DNA from: Gemmatales bacterium | GTDB taxonomy: Bacteria > Planctomycetota > Planctomycetia > Gemmatales > HRBIN36 | Assembly (NCBI GenBank): GCA_041640595.1 | Contig: JBEPZY010000001.1 | Coordinates: 896,001 to 960,000, forward strand | DNA length: 64,000 nt | Reading direction: 5' to 3' | Shown: one piece after another, positions 54,388 through 64,000 of the stretch | How the letters are laid out: each line of letters begins with the position of its first letter | How positions within the stretch are numbered: the stretch's first letter is position 1 | Program-made: the position numbers and the translations under genes | The notes under the pieces: model-generated | Database searches by the model: none | What the model was told of the DNA's origin: nothing | Seen by the model: the letters and a program-made list of their open reading frames with translations, nothing else

Positions 54388-54945
54388 GCGTTCCTCCGAT
54401 CTATTGCCTGTTTTGTCAAGCGAAATCTCCGGTTTGATGACGGTGGGCCCTGGCTGACTTTTCGCCCCTTTCTATCAGGTGCGATTCTCGCCTAGACACG
54501 ATCAAGCTCTTGCCACAAGCATCAGACTTTCCGGTACACAAAAGTTTATGCCTCAACTGCACACTGACCATAAGAACAAGCTTCGGGCAACTCGGCGACG
54601 CTTGTTAACTCATGGTAGCGCAACGCCAACTAGCCAGCATAGCTTAGCTTCCTACGGCTCACCCGGCGATATTCGTTGATGTTCCGGATGTACCCGCTGT
54701 TCCAAGCAACTTCGTTGGAGACAATGACGGCGAACTGCGCGTTAGCGGTTCCTGTTTTGCACGTTGACCACGACGGCAGTCGTTCCAGTCCGTTGAGGAG
54801 TTTCGGGTCTATACGCCTAACGGTGCAAACCACAAATCTGCCCGGCTAGCAGAACACCAGTCTATCGGGTTACACTTACCGCAGTTTGGGACCAGGATTG
54901 CTGGTGCTATCGAGCAACTGACCGGTTGACCTCACGCCTACCGCG

Positions 54946-54989
54946 AAAAAAGCAACGGGGATCGGTGCGTTCCCGATCCCCGCTGTTGC
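54946..54989 (-). terminator. Intrinsic terminator downstream of the YTV-like gene
   Basis: CGGGGATCGG/CCGATCCCCG stem with GCAAC/GTTGC extension, followed by a T-run on the minus strand. Confidence 0.8.
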
Positions 54990-55125
54990 AATTCAGCCGC
55001 CTGGTTGTAGCGACGTTTAGGTTGTCGGTAGCTGGCGGCAGTCAGGAGACATATTGAGCGTCAACTGCTGTGGCGTTTGTGATGTGCGATTGCACCGTCC
55101 AGTGTGCGGCTCCGAAAGGGTGCCT

Positions 55126-57207
55126 TTATTCCGACTGAGTAGCTTTCTCTTTCGGAAGCACCGGCACGGTCTCCGGCTTGCCTGGCTCGCTCACCGGCGT
55201 GCATGCCGGTTCACATGCCACGTGGTGGCAGCACAAGCGAGCAAGCAAGCGGCTCAGCAAGCTGCAGCGCGGCATGCACGGGCTGGGGCAAGTGTCCACA
55301 CAAGCCGATTCGCAGTGGACCCGACTCGCCAGACACCGGGCCAGCGAACCGCACCGCAAACCGCATTCAGCCGGGCAAATAGTCTGGCATGCCCCACTTG
55401 TCACACACAGACCGGCTTTATGCTCAGCCTGCGGGCAGGCGCTCAACGGGCAGCTAATCGGAGCTCGCGGGCAAACTTCACGGCAGGCCGGCTCGCAGCA
55501 GAAGCGATGGTGGAGCAGACGTCGCAGCAAGCCAGGACGCTCACACACAGACGGGCATACTGCCGCAGGCGGACACGGTACGCACTCCGTAATAGTTACT
55601 GGCACCCACCGGCAGCGAACCACCGGGACTTCTTCGCACACTCTCACCGGCACACGCTTGCACACTTTCACCGGCACGCACTCGGTAACGCAGACCGGCA
55701 CGCGGCAGACGACTTGATACGGTACTTGTTTGGCCACGCAGACCGGCACATGGCGGGTCACCTTCTCCTGCACCATCTTGCAGACCGTCACCGGCACGAG
55801 CTTCACACACTCTTGCTGCACCATCTGGCAAGTGGTTACCGGGACCTGGCGGGTGACCTGCTCCTGCACCATGCGGCAAACGGTAACCGGCACCTTTTCC
55901 ACACGCTCTTCCGCGACCATCTTGCATACGGTCTGGCACACTTGCCGTTTCACGTGAGCGCCTTCCACGAATTTTGCTCCGGGCACAGGACACGGATGAC
56001 CAACCCCCTTCTCATCAACCCAGGCACCCATCGCTTGTCGGCAGATGGTGTAGGGTACTTTCTCGGTCACCACTTCCTGTACCATACGGCAAACGGTAAC
56101 CGGCACCTGGCGCTTGCACACTTCCTGCACCATGCGGCAAACGGTGACCGGCACCTTTCGCACTTCCGTCGTCGGTACCATGCGGCACACTTTTACGGGT
56201 ACCTTTTCGACGATGCATTCTTCCACGTAGCGGACACACGGCACCTGCTCACAAATCGTCTTGGGCACGCGCACTTTGCAGCAAACCACCCGATCCGGTT
56301 CCTGGCAAACTATCCAGCGCGGACCGCCAAGTTTGAAGCAGGTCTGACCGGTACAGGGATCCACGTAGCAGCAGCTAGGTTCCCAAACGAGCCGATGGTG
56401 TTTGCGACCCGGCACACACATGGTGCGGATTTCTTCTTCGCAAACCACCCGCGTGACCGTTTTCATCTCGCACACCGGTTTGCAAACGCGACGGACGCAT
56501 TCCACCATTCGCGTCTCTTCTACCGGCTTGCACACGGTGACGCACACCTCGCGCTCGACCGTCTCCATGACCGGCTTGCAAACAGTGTACACGCATTCTT
56601 TCATCACCGTTTCCTGGACAGGACGGCAGACCACACGCTGACACTCTCGGACATGCTGTTCCATCACCTGATGGCAGACCTGGTAGGTAACATCATGGCA
56701 GTGTTGCTCCATAACCGGTTTGCATACGGTATAGCGGCATTCCCGCAGCACCGTTTCCTGCACTGGCTTGCAAACCGTTTCTACCACCGTCTTCATCGTG
56801 GTGGTGTAAACCGGCTTGCACACCGTATAGCGGCACTCCCGGTACTGAGTTTCGTAAACGGGCTTACAGCAAATCACCTCCACCGGCTTGTACTGGGTCT
56901 CGTACACGGTTTTATAACAGGTACGTGTTTCTTCCTTGTAAACCGTGCGGGTTACCGGTTTCATCACCGTTTCCTCGACGGTCTGGTAGCAAGTATGCCA
57001 GCGTTTTTCCAAAACGGTGTCGTAAACGAGCCTGTAGCAGGTACGTGTCTGCAAGCGGTACGAGGCAAAGGAATGCGTCTGGGTCTGGTCCTCCGTCGCG
57101 ACCGCTGGTAAGGCTTGTGCTGCTCCCAGCTCTTGTGCGAAAGACCGCTCGGCAGCCGTCAGTGCTACCAAAGCCGACAGCAACAGCGCAATCCGACGGA
57201 ATCTCAT
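55126..57207 (-). CDS. Secreted Cys/Val-rich YTV-like repeat protein (candidate envelope protein)
   Basis: Sec signal ending SFA. 16-aa repeats (VCKPV.ET..RE.RYT and VCRMV.E...KVPVT). Cys-rich C-terminus. GGAGG SD. Confidence 0.85.
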   Translation of the reverse strand: MRFRRIALLLSALVALTAAERSFAQELGAAQALPAVATEDQTQTHSFASYRLQTRTCYRLVYDTVLEKRWHTCYQTVEETVMKPVTRTVYKEETRTCYKTVYETQYKPVEVICCKPVYETQYRECRYTVCKPVYTTTMKTVVETVCKPVQETVLRECRYTVCKPVMEQHCHDVTYQVCHQVMEQHVRECQRVVCRPVQETVMKECVYTVCKPVMETVEREVCVTVCKPVEETRMVECVRRVCKPVCEMKTVTRVVCEEEIRTMCVPGRKHHRLVWEPSCCYVDPCTGQTCFKLGGPRWIVCQEPDRVVCCKVRVPKTICEQVPCVRYVEECIVEKVPVKVCRMVPTTEVRKVPVTVCRMVQEVCKRQVPVTVCRMVQEVVTEKVPYTICRQAMGAWVDEKGVGHPCPVPGAKFVEGAHVKRQVCQTVCKMVAEERVEKVPVTVCRMVQEQVTRQVPVTTCQMVQQECVKLVPVTVCKMVQEKVTRHVPVCVAKQVPYQVVCRVPVCVTECVPVKVCKRVPVRVCEEVPVVRCRWVPVTITECVPCPPAAVCPSVCERPGLLRRLLHHRFCCEPACREVCPRAPISCPLSACPQAEHKAGLCVTSGACQTICPAECGLRCGSLARCLASRVHCESACVDTCPSPCMPRCSLLSRLLARLCCHHVACEPACTPVSEPGKPETVPVLPKEKATQSE

Positions 57208-57697
57208 CGTCTAGCCTCCTTGTGGCATCAGCAGGACAGGCCGCTCCCAAGCAAATCAGCGGGTCGGGCCGGGAACAGCCTGCACCCAGAAGCGGCGCGT
57301 ATCGCTTGACGCTACTCGCCGCCTTGTAGTCCCCCTTATCCGCCGTGGTTTATCGGCCTCGAATTTACTTCGCTATGATCAGGAGCGCTGGCCGCACGCC
57401 ACGATTTATGGTGCGTTGTTCCGAGCAAACCTGATCTAACTGCGCTAGCGACGAACCAGGCGGGGTAACTGGGAGAAACAATAACGGTTGTAGCGAATCT
57501 CTGGAGGCACCAGCTTGGCTTGTCATGCCATATCGTTAACTTCGCGTACCCCTTCTCCGAGCCGTAGCATCAACGGATCGGGGATAAGGAATTGAAATAA
57601 CCACCGCAGCCTGGCTAAGTCAACGAGGCGAGGCATCAGCAAACGCCTGACTGAAAACCGCCTCTTCAGGCTTAGTCGGAATGGCCTGTACCAGCAC

Positions 57698-57895
57698 TCA
57701 GTTGGCCAGGGGAATGCGCTCCGGCAACTTGAGCGAAAGACAGATACGGCGACACTGCTCCAGGTCGCGCAAAATACTGTCCGCTAAATACGCGTTAGTG
57801 CGCTCGTCCTGGCACCATTCTAATTGCTCTTGTAGCTGAAGCAGTTGCTGTAATAGCTCGCGTAAGCGCAATAATTGGCGTTCGCGGAAAGACAT
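57698..57895 (-). CDS. Small coiled-coil hypothetical protein (65 aa)
   Basis: GGGAG SD before the ATG. MSFRERQLLRLRELLQQL..LEWCQD..ILRDLEQCRR suggests a helical hairpin. Confidence 0.7.
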   Translation of the reverse strand: MSFRERQLLRLRELLQQLLQLQEQLEWCQDERTNAYLADSILRDLEQCRRICLSLKLPERIPLAN

Positions 57896-57927
57896 GGGCC
57901 TCTCCCTTCTACTCGGCCCTGTCGTGT

Positions 57928-57942
57928 GCAGATGGCGTGCCA
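57928..57942 (-). promoter_or_regulatory. Candidate sigma54 (-24/-12) promoter for the small protein
   Basis: Minus strand TGGCACGCCATCTGC(A) has GG-N10-GC spacing and would give a ~20-nt leader containing the SD. Confidence 0.5.
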
Positions 57943-58191
57943 GCAAACCGCTCCTTTGGAGCAAATCGTCGCGGCTCAACGGCTGAAATTACCTCAGCCC
58001 GCAACAAAACTTTGGTTTATTTAATGCTTCTCCGATAGTGCCGAACCTTTTTCCCTGGCCACAGAATTTGTAAAATCGCTCAAAGTTATTGCAAAAGTTA
58101 CAACGGGAAGCCACGGGTCAACTATCCTTCTCACTGCGCAGGATCGATCGCCTAACTGTGGCTTTGGTCTTCAAATTCGAGGAGACCTCGC

Positions 58192-58959
58192 ATGACAACA
58201 GCACCGGATACACCAGAGCTGGTACTGGTTACCGGCTCTGCGGGTCGCATTGGCCGGGCGGTGGTAAACGAGCTCTTGGCTCACGGTCAACGAGTGCGCG
58301 GCTTAGATCGGTTGCCCACCTACGCGCTTTCTGACTACGTTGTTGCCGACATAACCGACCGTGCGGCCGTTCGCCACGCCATGCAACACGTGCGAGTCGT
58401 CATCCATCTGGCAGCGACACCCGATGACGTGGCCGAGCCGGTCAGCGAGTTGTTTCATCCGAACATTATTGGCACTTTCGAGGTTCTGGAAGCGGCACGC
58501 TTGGCAGGTGTCAGGCGACTTCTGCTCGCCAGCACTGGTCAAGTTGTGTGGTATCAGCGTGAGCGCGGTCCTTTTCCGATTCGCACCACCGATCCCGTTA
58601 CCCCCCGCGGATGGTATGCAGCAACTAAAGTTTTCCTGGAAGCTGCTGGTCGAGCCTTAGCCGAGAGTGCTGGTATGGAAGTGGTCGTGGCCCGTCTTGG
58701 CTGGTGCCCGCGAACTAAGGAGCAAGTTCAGGAGATTCGCCGCACAGACTGGGCTCAACAAGTTTATCTAAGCCCTGCCGACGTCGGCCAATTTTTCCGC
58801 ATCGCTGCCACTTGTTCGCTTCCTGATCGCTATTACGTTGCCTTTGTAACCAGTCGTCCGCATCGCTATGAGATATTAGACCTCACACCGGCCCGTCAAC
58901 TAGGTTATTCCCCACAACACACCTGGCCCGAAGGATTACCACCAGAATTGCTTGATTAG
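58192..58959 (+). CDS. NAD-dependent epimerase/dehydratase (uronate dehydrogenase-like extended SDR)
   Basis: VLVTGSAGRIG, VIHLAA, NIIGT..VLEAA and YAATK motifs. Confidence 0.88.
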   Translation: MTTAPDTPELVLVTGSAGRIGRAVVNELLAHGQRVRGLDRLPTYALSDYVVADITDRAAVRHAMQHVRVVIHLAATPDDVAEPVSELFHPNIIGTFEVLEAARLAGVRRLLLASTGQVVWYQRERGPFPIRTTDPVTPRGWYAATKVFLEAAGRALAESAGMEVVVARLGWCPRTKEQVQEIRRTDWAQQVYLSPADVGQFFRIAATCSLPDRYYVAFVTSRPHRYEILDLTPARQLGYSPQHTWPEGLPPELLD

Positions 58960-59264
58960 TCCGGTAACTGGCCAAGTTCCGCCGGCTTCTGATTCAATAA
59001 TTGCCCTGTTATTCGACCGCTGCAAGTTCGGTTGACCTAGCCATTTTACTTTACTCCATAGGATATAGTCGCTAAACTTCTCACAACCGGTATCACCATC
59101 CTCCTTGTTTGACGGACGTAAGGAAGACGCCGGTGTTTCCGGCCTTGCCACAGCTAATAGGTTCGGCGGAAAACCGAGCCGCGCGAATCGCTCTAGGTAG
59201 ACAAGTGAGTTGCCGAAGCGCTCTAACAGCATGAAATAGCTTCCAGAATCAGGGAGGAGCTTTA

Positions 59265-61709
59265 ATGCTGGTCAAGTTCTTACGCTGGCTCAATCGTCGA
59301 GTCAGCAAATCCTTAACCAGTAAGCCTCGGCAACAAAGTTTCACACCGCGCTTGGAATCTCTAGAACCGCGAAACCTGCCAGCGAACATAAGCGGCTACG
59401 TATTTCACGACCTCAACAACAATGGTCTCCGCGAACCGGGTGAGCCAGGCCTGGCCGGAATCACACTCGAACTGCGAAACTCTGCTAATCAAGTAATTGC
59501 CACAACCGTATCGGGCCCAAACGGCTATTATCTCTTCGACCGAGACCAAACCATACCACAAACCGAGCAAGTCTTTTCTCGAACTTTAACATTCAGCGAA
59601 ACAAGAACAAACACATCTGTCTCGCAGAACGTTTCTCAATTTGACCCCAGCCTCGGTAGATTGGTTGCTGTTGATATTGTCATACAAGGCCGCGTAACCA
59701 GTACTATCCAGGTAGAAAACCTTGATCCTTCTCCAGCTACTGTCAGTGCCACATTTTCCGGAAGCCTGACAGTCACAGGTCCGGGACTAAATGCCACGGT
59801 AACTACTGCCAGCGATAATGTAAGCTATAATGCAGGCCCTTATGATGGTAATAGCGACTTCGCTGGCACGAGTGGTACCACTTTGGGACCCCGCACGGTT
59901 AGCGGTTCACGAACGATTACCCTCACCGATCCGAATATACTTAGTTCATGGGTCGGTACGGGTACCGTTACCCTGACCGCTGTAGGACGAACTACTTCCT
60001 CAGCCAATGGAGGGAACCTCCTAGCCCAGATTAACGCTACCGCGGGTGCGGATATAACCATCCGTTACCGCTATATTCCCAGCAATGCCTTGCGACCAGG
60101 TACCTATACGATTCGTCAGCTACAACAACCTTCGGGTTACTTAGATGGTTTAGAGTCGCAGGGTGGCACGATCATTCCAGGTACCGTTGGCACAGACATA
60201 ATCACCATCGCACTCGGCAACCAGGATAGTCTCGAAAACAATTTTGCCGAAATTCAGCCTTCTAACATCCAGGGCTTTGTTTACCATGACCTCAATGCGA
60301 ACGGCTTTCGCGATGCAGGCGAACAGGGTATTGCCGGCGTTACAATTCAGCTTACCGGCATCAACGATCTCGGACAGACAGTGCAACTCCAGGTGCTCAC
60401 CGGTTCCGACGGTTTCTATCGCTTCACCAATTTACGTCCAGGCTCGTACAACTTGCAGCAAATCCAACCGCAACAATACTTAGATGGTCGTGATACTATC
60501 GCTCCTCTGGATGGTCTCAGTGCACAAAGCCTGGGAATTCTGGGGAACGACTCCGTTTCGCTTATCTCGCTCGGCCAGGGAACCACCTATGGCAACTATA
60601 ATTTCGGCGAGGTTTTACCCACTAGCTTACAAGGATATGTTTTCCTGGATGCGAACTTGAACGGCATACGCGATAGCGGAGAAAGCGGTGTTAGTGGCGT
60701 CACCATAAGGCTCTCGGGAACCGATGACCTCGGCAACAACGTACAACTAAGCACGACCACCCTAGCGGACGGTACGTTCGCATTTACCAATCTGCGGCCA
60801 GGGACATATACGATTAGCAAGGTTCAGCCCCCTGGTTATCTGGATGGTGAAACCCAGGTAGGGACTGCAGGTGGAGTATTAGCCGCAAATGGTGTCGGGC
60901 AGATAGTGCTTAATAGCGGTACGTCTGCTACAGGATATACTTTCGCTCTCGTTACACCTGGACGCCTCGGCGGTGGCGTGTACCACGATGCTAACAATAA
61001 CGGCAGGTGGGATCGGAATGAACGTGGTATAGGTGATGTCAAAATTATCCTCACGGGCACTGACTATCGTGGCAATTACGTTGAAATCGAACAAAAGACC
61101 GATGCTTCCGGTCGGTTCCTTTTCGACAACCTAGCTCCCGGAACCTATGCCATTTACGAGGTGCAACCCGGCGGATATTTAGATGGCAAGGATACATTCG
61201 GCATTCTCGGGGGTTACTGGCAAAATGATCTCTTTACGGGCTTGAAACTTCAGCCGGGCAGCCAAGCAATGAATTATCTGTTCGGAGAATTGCTACCGGC
61301 GTCACTAGGAGGTTATGTTTATCTTGACAACAATCACAATGGTGTTCGGGACGCAAACGATCGGGGTCTGGCCGGTGTTACCCTGATCCTTACCGGTACT
61401 AACGATTTGGGTCAATCCGTTCGGTTGACGACCAAGAGTGCTTCTGATGGCAGCTATATATTCCGCAACCTCAGGCCTGGCGTCTATGCTATCTATCAAG
61501 TGCAACCTAACGGATATGACGATGGAACCATTACCATCGGTTCTCTCGGCGGACAACGCACAGGCCCCAATCTTATAAGCAATATCAAGGTAAGTTCTGG
61601 ACAAAATGGGACGAATTATAACTTTGGGGAAGTGCTGCCCATTAAACCGAGTGGTAATCCACCATCGTTTCCTAGCAAAAGGAACTTTCTCGGGTCACGC
61701 AGGCGATAG
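59265..61709 (+). CDS. Surface protein with planctomycete LEPR leader, five SdrD B-like repeats and an inserted beta domain
   Basis: RLESLEPRNLPA leader, five G.V..D.N.NG..D..E.G..GV.I.L repeats and C-terminal PSKRNFLGSRRR. GGAGG SD. Confidence 0.88.
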   Translation: MLVKFLRWLNRRVSKSLTSKPRQQSFTPRLESLEPRNLPANISGYVFHDLNNNGLREPGEPGLAGITLELRNSANQVIATTVSGPNGYYLFDRDQTIPQTEQVFSRTLTFSETRTNTSVSQNVSQFDPSLGRLVAVDIVIQGRVTSTIQVENLDPSPATVSATFSGSLTVTGPGLNATVTTASDNVSYNAGPYDGNSDFAGTSGTTLGPRTVSGSRTITLTDPNILSSWVGTGTVTLTAVGRTTSSANGGNLLAQINATAGADITIRYRYIPSNALRPGTYTIRQLQQPSGYLDGLESQGGTIIPGTVGTDIITIALGNQDSLENNFAEIQPSNIQGFVYHDLNANGFRDAGEQGIAGVTIQLTGINDLGQTVQLQVLTGSDGFYRFTNLRPGSYNLQQIQPQQYLDGRDTIAPLDGLSAQSLGILGNDSVSLISLGQGTTYGNYNFGEVLPTSLQGYVFLDANLNGIRDSGESGVSGVTIRLSGTDDLGNNVQLSTTTLADGTFAFTNLRPGTYTISKVQPPGYLDGETQVGTAGGVLAANGVGQIVLNSGTSATGYTFALVTPGRLGGGVYHDANNNGRWDRNERGIGDVKIILTGTDYRGNYVEIEQKTDASGRFLFDNLAPGTYAIYEVQPGGYLDGKDTFGILGGYWQNDLFTGLKLQPGSQAMNYLFGELLPASLGGYVYLDNNHNGVRDANDRGLAGVTLILTGTNDLGQSVRLTTKSASDGSYIFRNLRPGVYAIYQVQPNGYDDGTITIGSLGGQRTGPNLISNIKVSSGQNGTNYNFGEVLPIKPSGNPPSFPSKRNFLGSRRR

Positions 61710-61779
61710 AAAGCTAGCTTCGTGCCAGGAAATTGGCCCCTAGAACCTATACCGGCAATCCAATCGCGAGGTCTTGCGT

Positions 61780-63438
61780 ATGCGACTTAGTGGCCGCTGG
61801 TGCATGATAATCTTTAGCACTATCAGCCTCCTAACAACCGGTGTGCTAACGGCTGAGGAAACATCCTACCGTGCTCAACACCCTGATGGTGACCCGGCAC
61901 AGCCCCTGCCTCGAGCAACTTTAGGAATTCCGCGAAAAGCTAATCCGTCTAATTCTGAGACAGATAGGAGTCCTCCCGCTGTCCTGGGTGTTCCTCGACG
62001 CAGTTCTACCAGGTCCTCTAACAGCGATACCAGTACACTGCGTGGAAGTGTGCAGGAAAGCGATAACGTGCAACCGGCCACGTTTTGGCCTTATGCCTCA
62101 CATCCCTGGCCTCATCATCCGGTTACAGCGATACCGACGCTCTCTGTACCGGCACCAGCAATGTGCCAACCGGTTCCAGACATCTGTGCGTCGAGCACTT
62201 GCAGTGAACCGAGCAATATCTGTTTACCGAGTACCTTGATTTGTGATCCATGCTCGCCTGTCTGTCCTCCTAATTGTACGGCCCCTGAAAGTTTTGGCGT
62301 TGGCTGGACCTGGGGATGGGCTAATTGCCCACCTGCTGATTATCGCGGCGCTCCCTATGTCCTTTATTCGGACTTAGAATATCTGGCCTGGTGGGTGAAA
62401 TCCATGCCGGTACCCGCGCTGATTACCACGGGCAATACCCAGGATTTAGGTATCTTAGGGCGGCCGAGTACTCAAGTTTTATTAGGCGATAGCCTGGATC
62501 ACGATGCTTTTTCTGGAGGCAGGTTTACATTAGGATGGTGGTTTGATCCGTGCAGAGTCTGGGCACTGGAAAGCACTTTCTTCTTCCTTGGCGAGGAAAC
62601 GCGCCATGATTTATTCAGTTCCGGCGGCATTCCGATTCTGGCTCGGCCGTTCTTCAATGCTCAAACCGGCCAGGAAGATTCTGAGTTAATTGCTAATCCG
62701 GCTTTGCCAGGGCTAATCCCCTTGTCCGGGCAGGCGGACGTTTCCTTTCGCACTCGCCTGATCGGGTTTGAACTCAATCTGGCACGAAGCTGGCTCTATG
62801 GTGTCAATCCTGAATGGCATAAACAATATAACCTTGATTTTCTGTTTGGCTATCGTTATTTGCAATTGCGGGAGAATCTAAGTATCCATGAGGACTTACT
62901 AGTTCCAGAAGATAGCGGCAATGTCCCCGCAGGTACGAGATTTTTGATTGACGATATGTTCGCAGCACGCAATTCGTTCAACGGCGGTCAGATCGGAATC
63001 CGAGGCGAATTACGATGGGGAGGATGGTTTATTGATGGCCGAGCTAAAGTGGCCTTCGGTAACACGACCCAGACAGTTTTCATAGATGGTCAAACGACCA
63101 TTACGACCCCAGGAGTTGGTACCGTGACCGGTCCGGGTGGGTTACTGGCCTTGCCGACCAATATGGGCCGCTACCACCGCGACACTTTCAGTGTAGTGCC
63201 GGAATTCGGTGTTAATTTTGGCTACTATATCACACCCTATATCAAGGTTTATGTTGGCTATACATTTCTGGGCTGGACGAACGTGGTACGGCCAGGTAAC
63301 GTTATAGATCGTCAGGTCAACCCATCGCAACTGCCGCCCGGCGGTGTGCTGGTTGGCCCAGCTCGACCAGCGTTCCGATTCCGCGACGGTGATTTCTGGG
63401 CACAAGGAATCAACGTTGGCATCGAAATGCGCTATTAG
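61780..63438 (+). CDS. BBP7-like outer membrane beta-barrel protein
   Basis: Signal peptide, Cys/Pro-rich linker, EYLAWW, GGRFTLGWW, LARPFFN, FGYRYLQL.E, N.F.GGQIG and terminal FWAQGINVGIEMRY. Confidence 0.88.
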   Translation: MRLSGRWCMIIFSTISLLTTGVLTAEETSYRAQHPDGDPAQPLPRATLGIPRKANPSNSETDRSPPAVLGVPRRSSTRSSNSDTSTLRGSVQESDNVQPATFWPYASHPWPHHPVTAIPTLSVPAPAMCQPVPDICASSTCSEPSNICLPSTLICDPCSPVCPPNCTAPESFGVGWTWGWANCPPADYRGAPYVLYSDLEYLAWWVKSMPVPALITTGNTQDLGILGRPSTQVLLGDSLDHDAFSGGRFTLGWWFDPCRVWALESTFFFLGEETRHDLFSSGGIPILARPFFNAQTGQEDSELIANPALPGLIPLSGQADVSFRTRLIGFELNLARSWLYGVNPEWHKQYNLDFLFGYRYLQLRENLSIHEDLLVPEDSGNVPAGTRFLIDDMFAARNSFNGGQIGIRGELRWGGWFIDGRAKVAFGNTTQTVFIDGQTTITTPGVGTVTGPGGLLALPTNMGRYHRDTFSVVPEFGVNFGYYITPYIKVYVGYTFLGWTNVVRPGNVIDRQVNPSQLPPGGVLVGPARPAFRFRDGDFWAQGINVGIEMRY

Positions 63439-64000
63439 TGGATAGGCCCCAGGAGTATGGTGAGGTGCTGGCTTAGGTGTCATGCTTCCTGCCAAGGTAA
63501 TTCTCGAAACTCCGAGGGCAAACCATTGTAAATACGCGGATCGGACTGCGCTTGAACCAGGCATTCCACCTTTTGCTAAGACAGTTGCCCATGAGCTGGA
63601 TAAGGCAGGGGTTAAGTAACTATTAACGGTGGCGGCAATGTAAAGGGCCAGTGGGTCTTATAGCAGTTCGGGGACGCTGCTCACTAATCGTGTACGTTCT
63701 TGTTCCTAGTAGCTAACCAGGCCAGTATCTCCTGGACGGTTATTTTGTCGGCAGGCAGGGATTGCGGACGTTAGAAATGCCCTTATTTTTCAAAGGTCTT
63801 TCCAGGCACGAGTTGCAGGAGATCCCGTTCGGCCTGGCGAGCCTGTTCGGACGCGCTACCGCGGGCCAGTGTTTCTCCAGGTGAGAGTGGTTGGAGTTCA
63901 CGTTCGGGCCGGCAAAATGCGTGAAAAGTTCGCTAGCTTAGCTGGGTTGCCCTTGACAGCGACGGGTCAGGGGCTATGCAACGGCCCAGGTCAAGGATGA

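Noticed and set aside
55054..57111. 685-aa His/Arg-rich ORF on the plus strand
   Set aside because: Antisense shadow of the Val/Cys-repeat gene (GTG codons read as CAC). The minus-strand gene has the signal peptide, SD and terminator.

Overview
This 64-kb window is GC-rich bacterial chromosome, most likely from a planctomycete (Gemmatales-like). That assignment is inferred from lineage-typical families: a PVC-type CxxCH protein, a YTV-like Cys/Val repeat protein, a LEPR-type planctomycete extracellular leader and a BBP7-like barrel. Housekeeping genes are metK, ahcY, ruvX, tRNA-Leu(TAG), glyA, rho and infC-rpmI-rplT-pheS-pheT. They are interspersed with planctomycete envelope and hypothetical genes. 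I saw no transposase, phage or cas genes. The most striking observation is a ~1225-codon membrane-anchored gene (18216..14539, minus) that the ORF track splits at a single in-frame TGA. The TGA reads as G-G-G-[UGA]-D-G-C (a UxxC motif), uses the only Cys in the last ~650 residues, and is followed by a SECIS-like hairpin. It is therefore a candidate novel selenoprotein or recoding event inside a Gly/Gln/Pro disordered linker. Other leads are a CRISPR-sized repeat-spacer-repeat unit without cas genes, a structured RNA upstream of ahcY, a structured metK leader, a receiver-less membrane-bound sigma54 activator with candidate sigma54 promoters, and an SdrD-repeat surface protein paired with a BBP7 barrel. 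Family names come from motif recognition only; no database searches were run.
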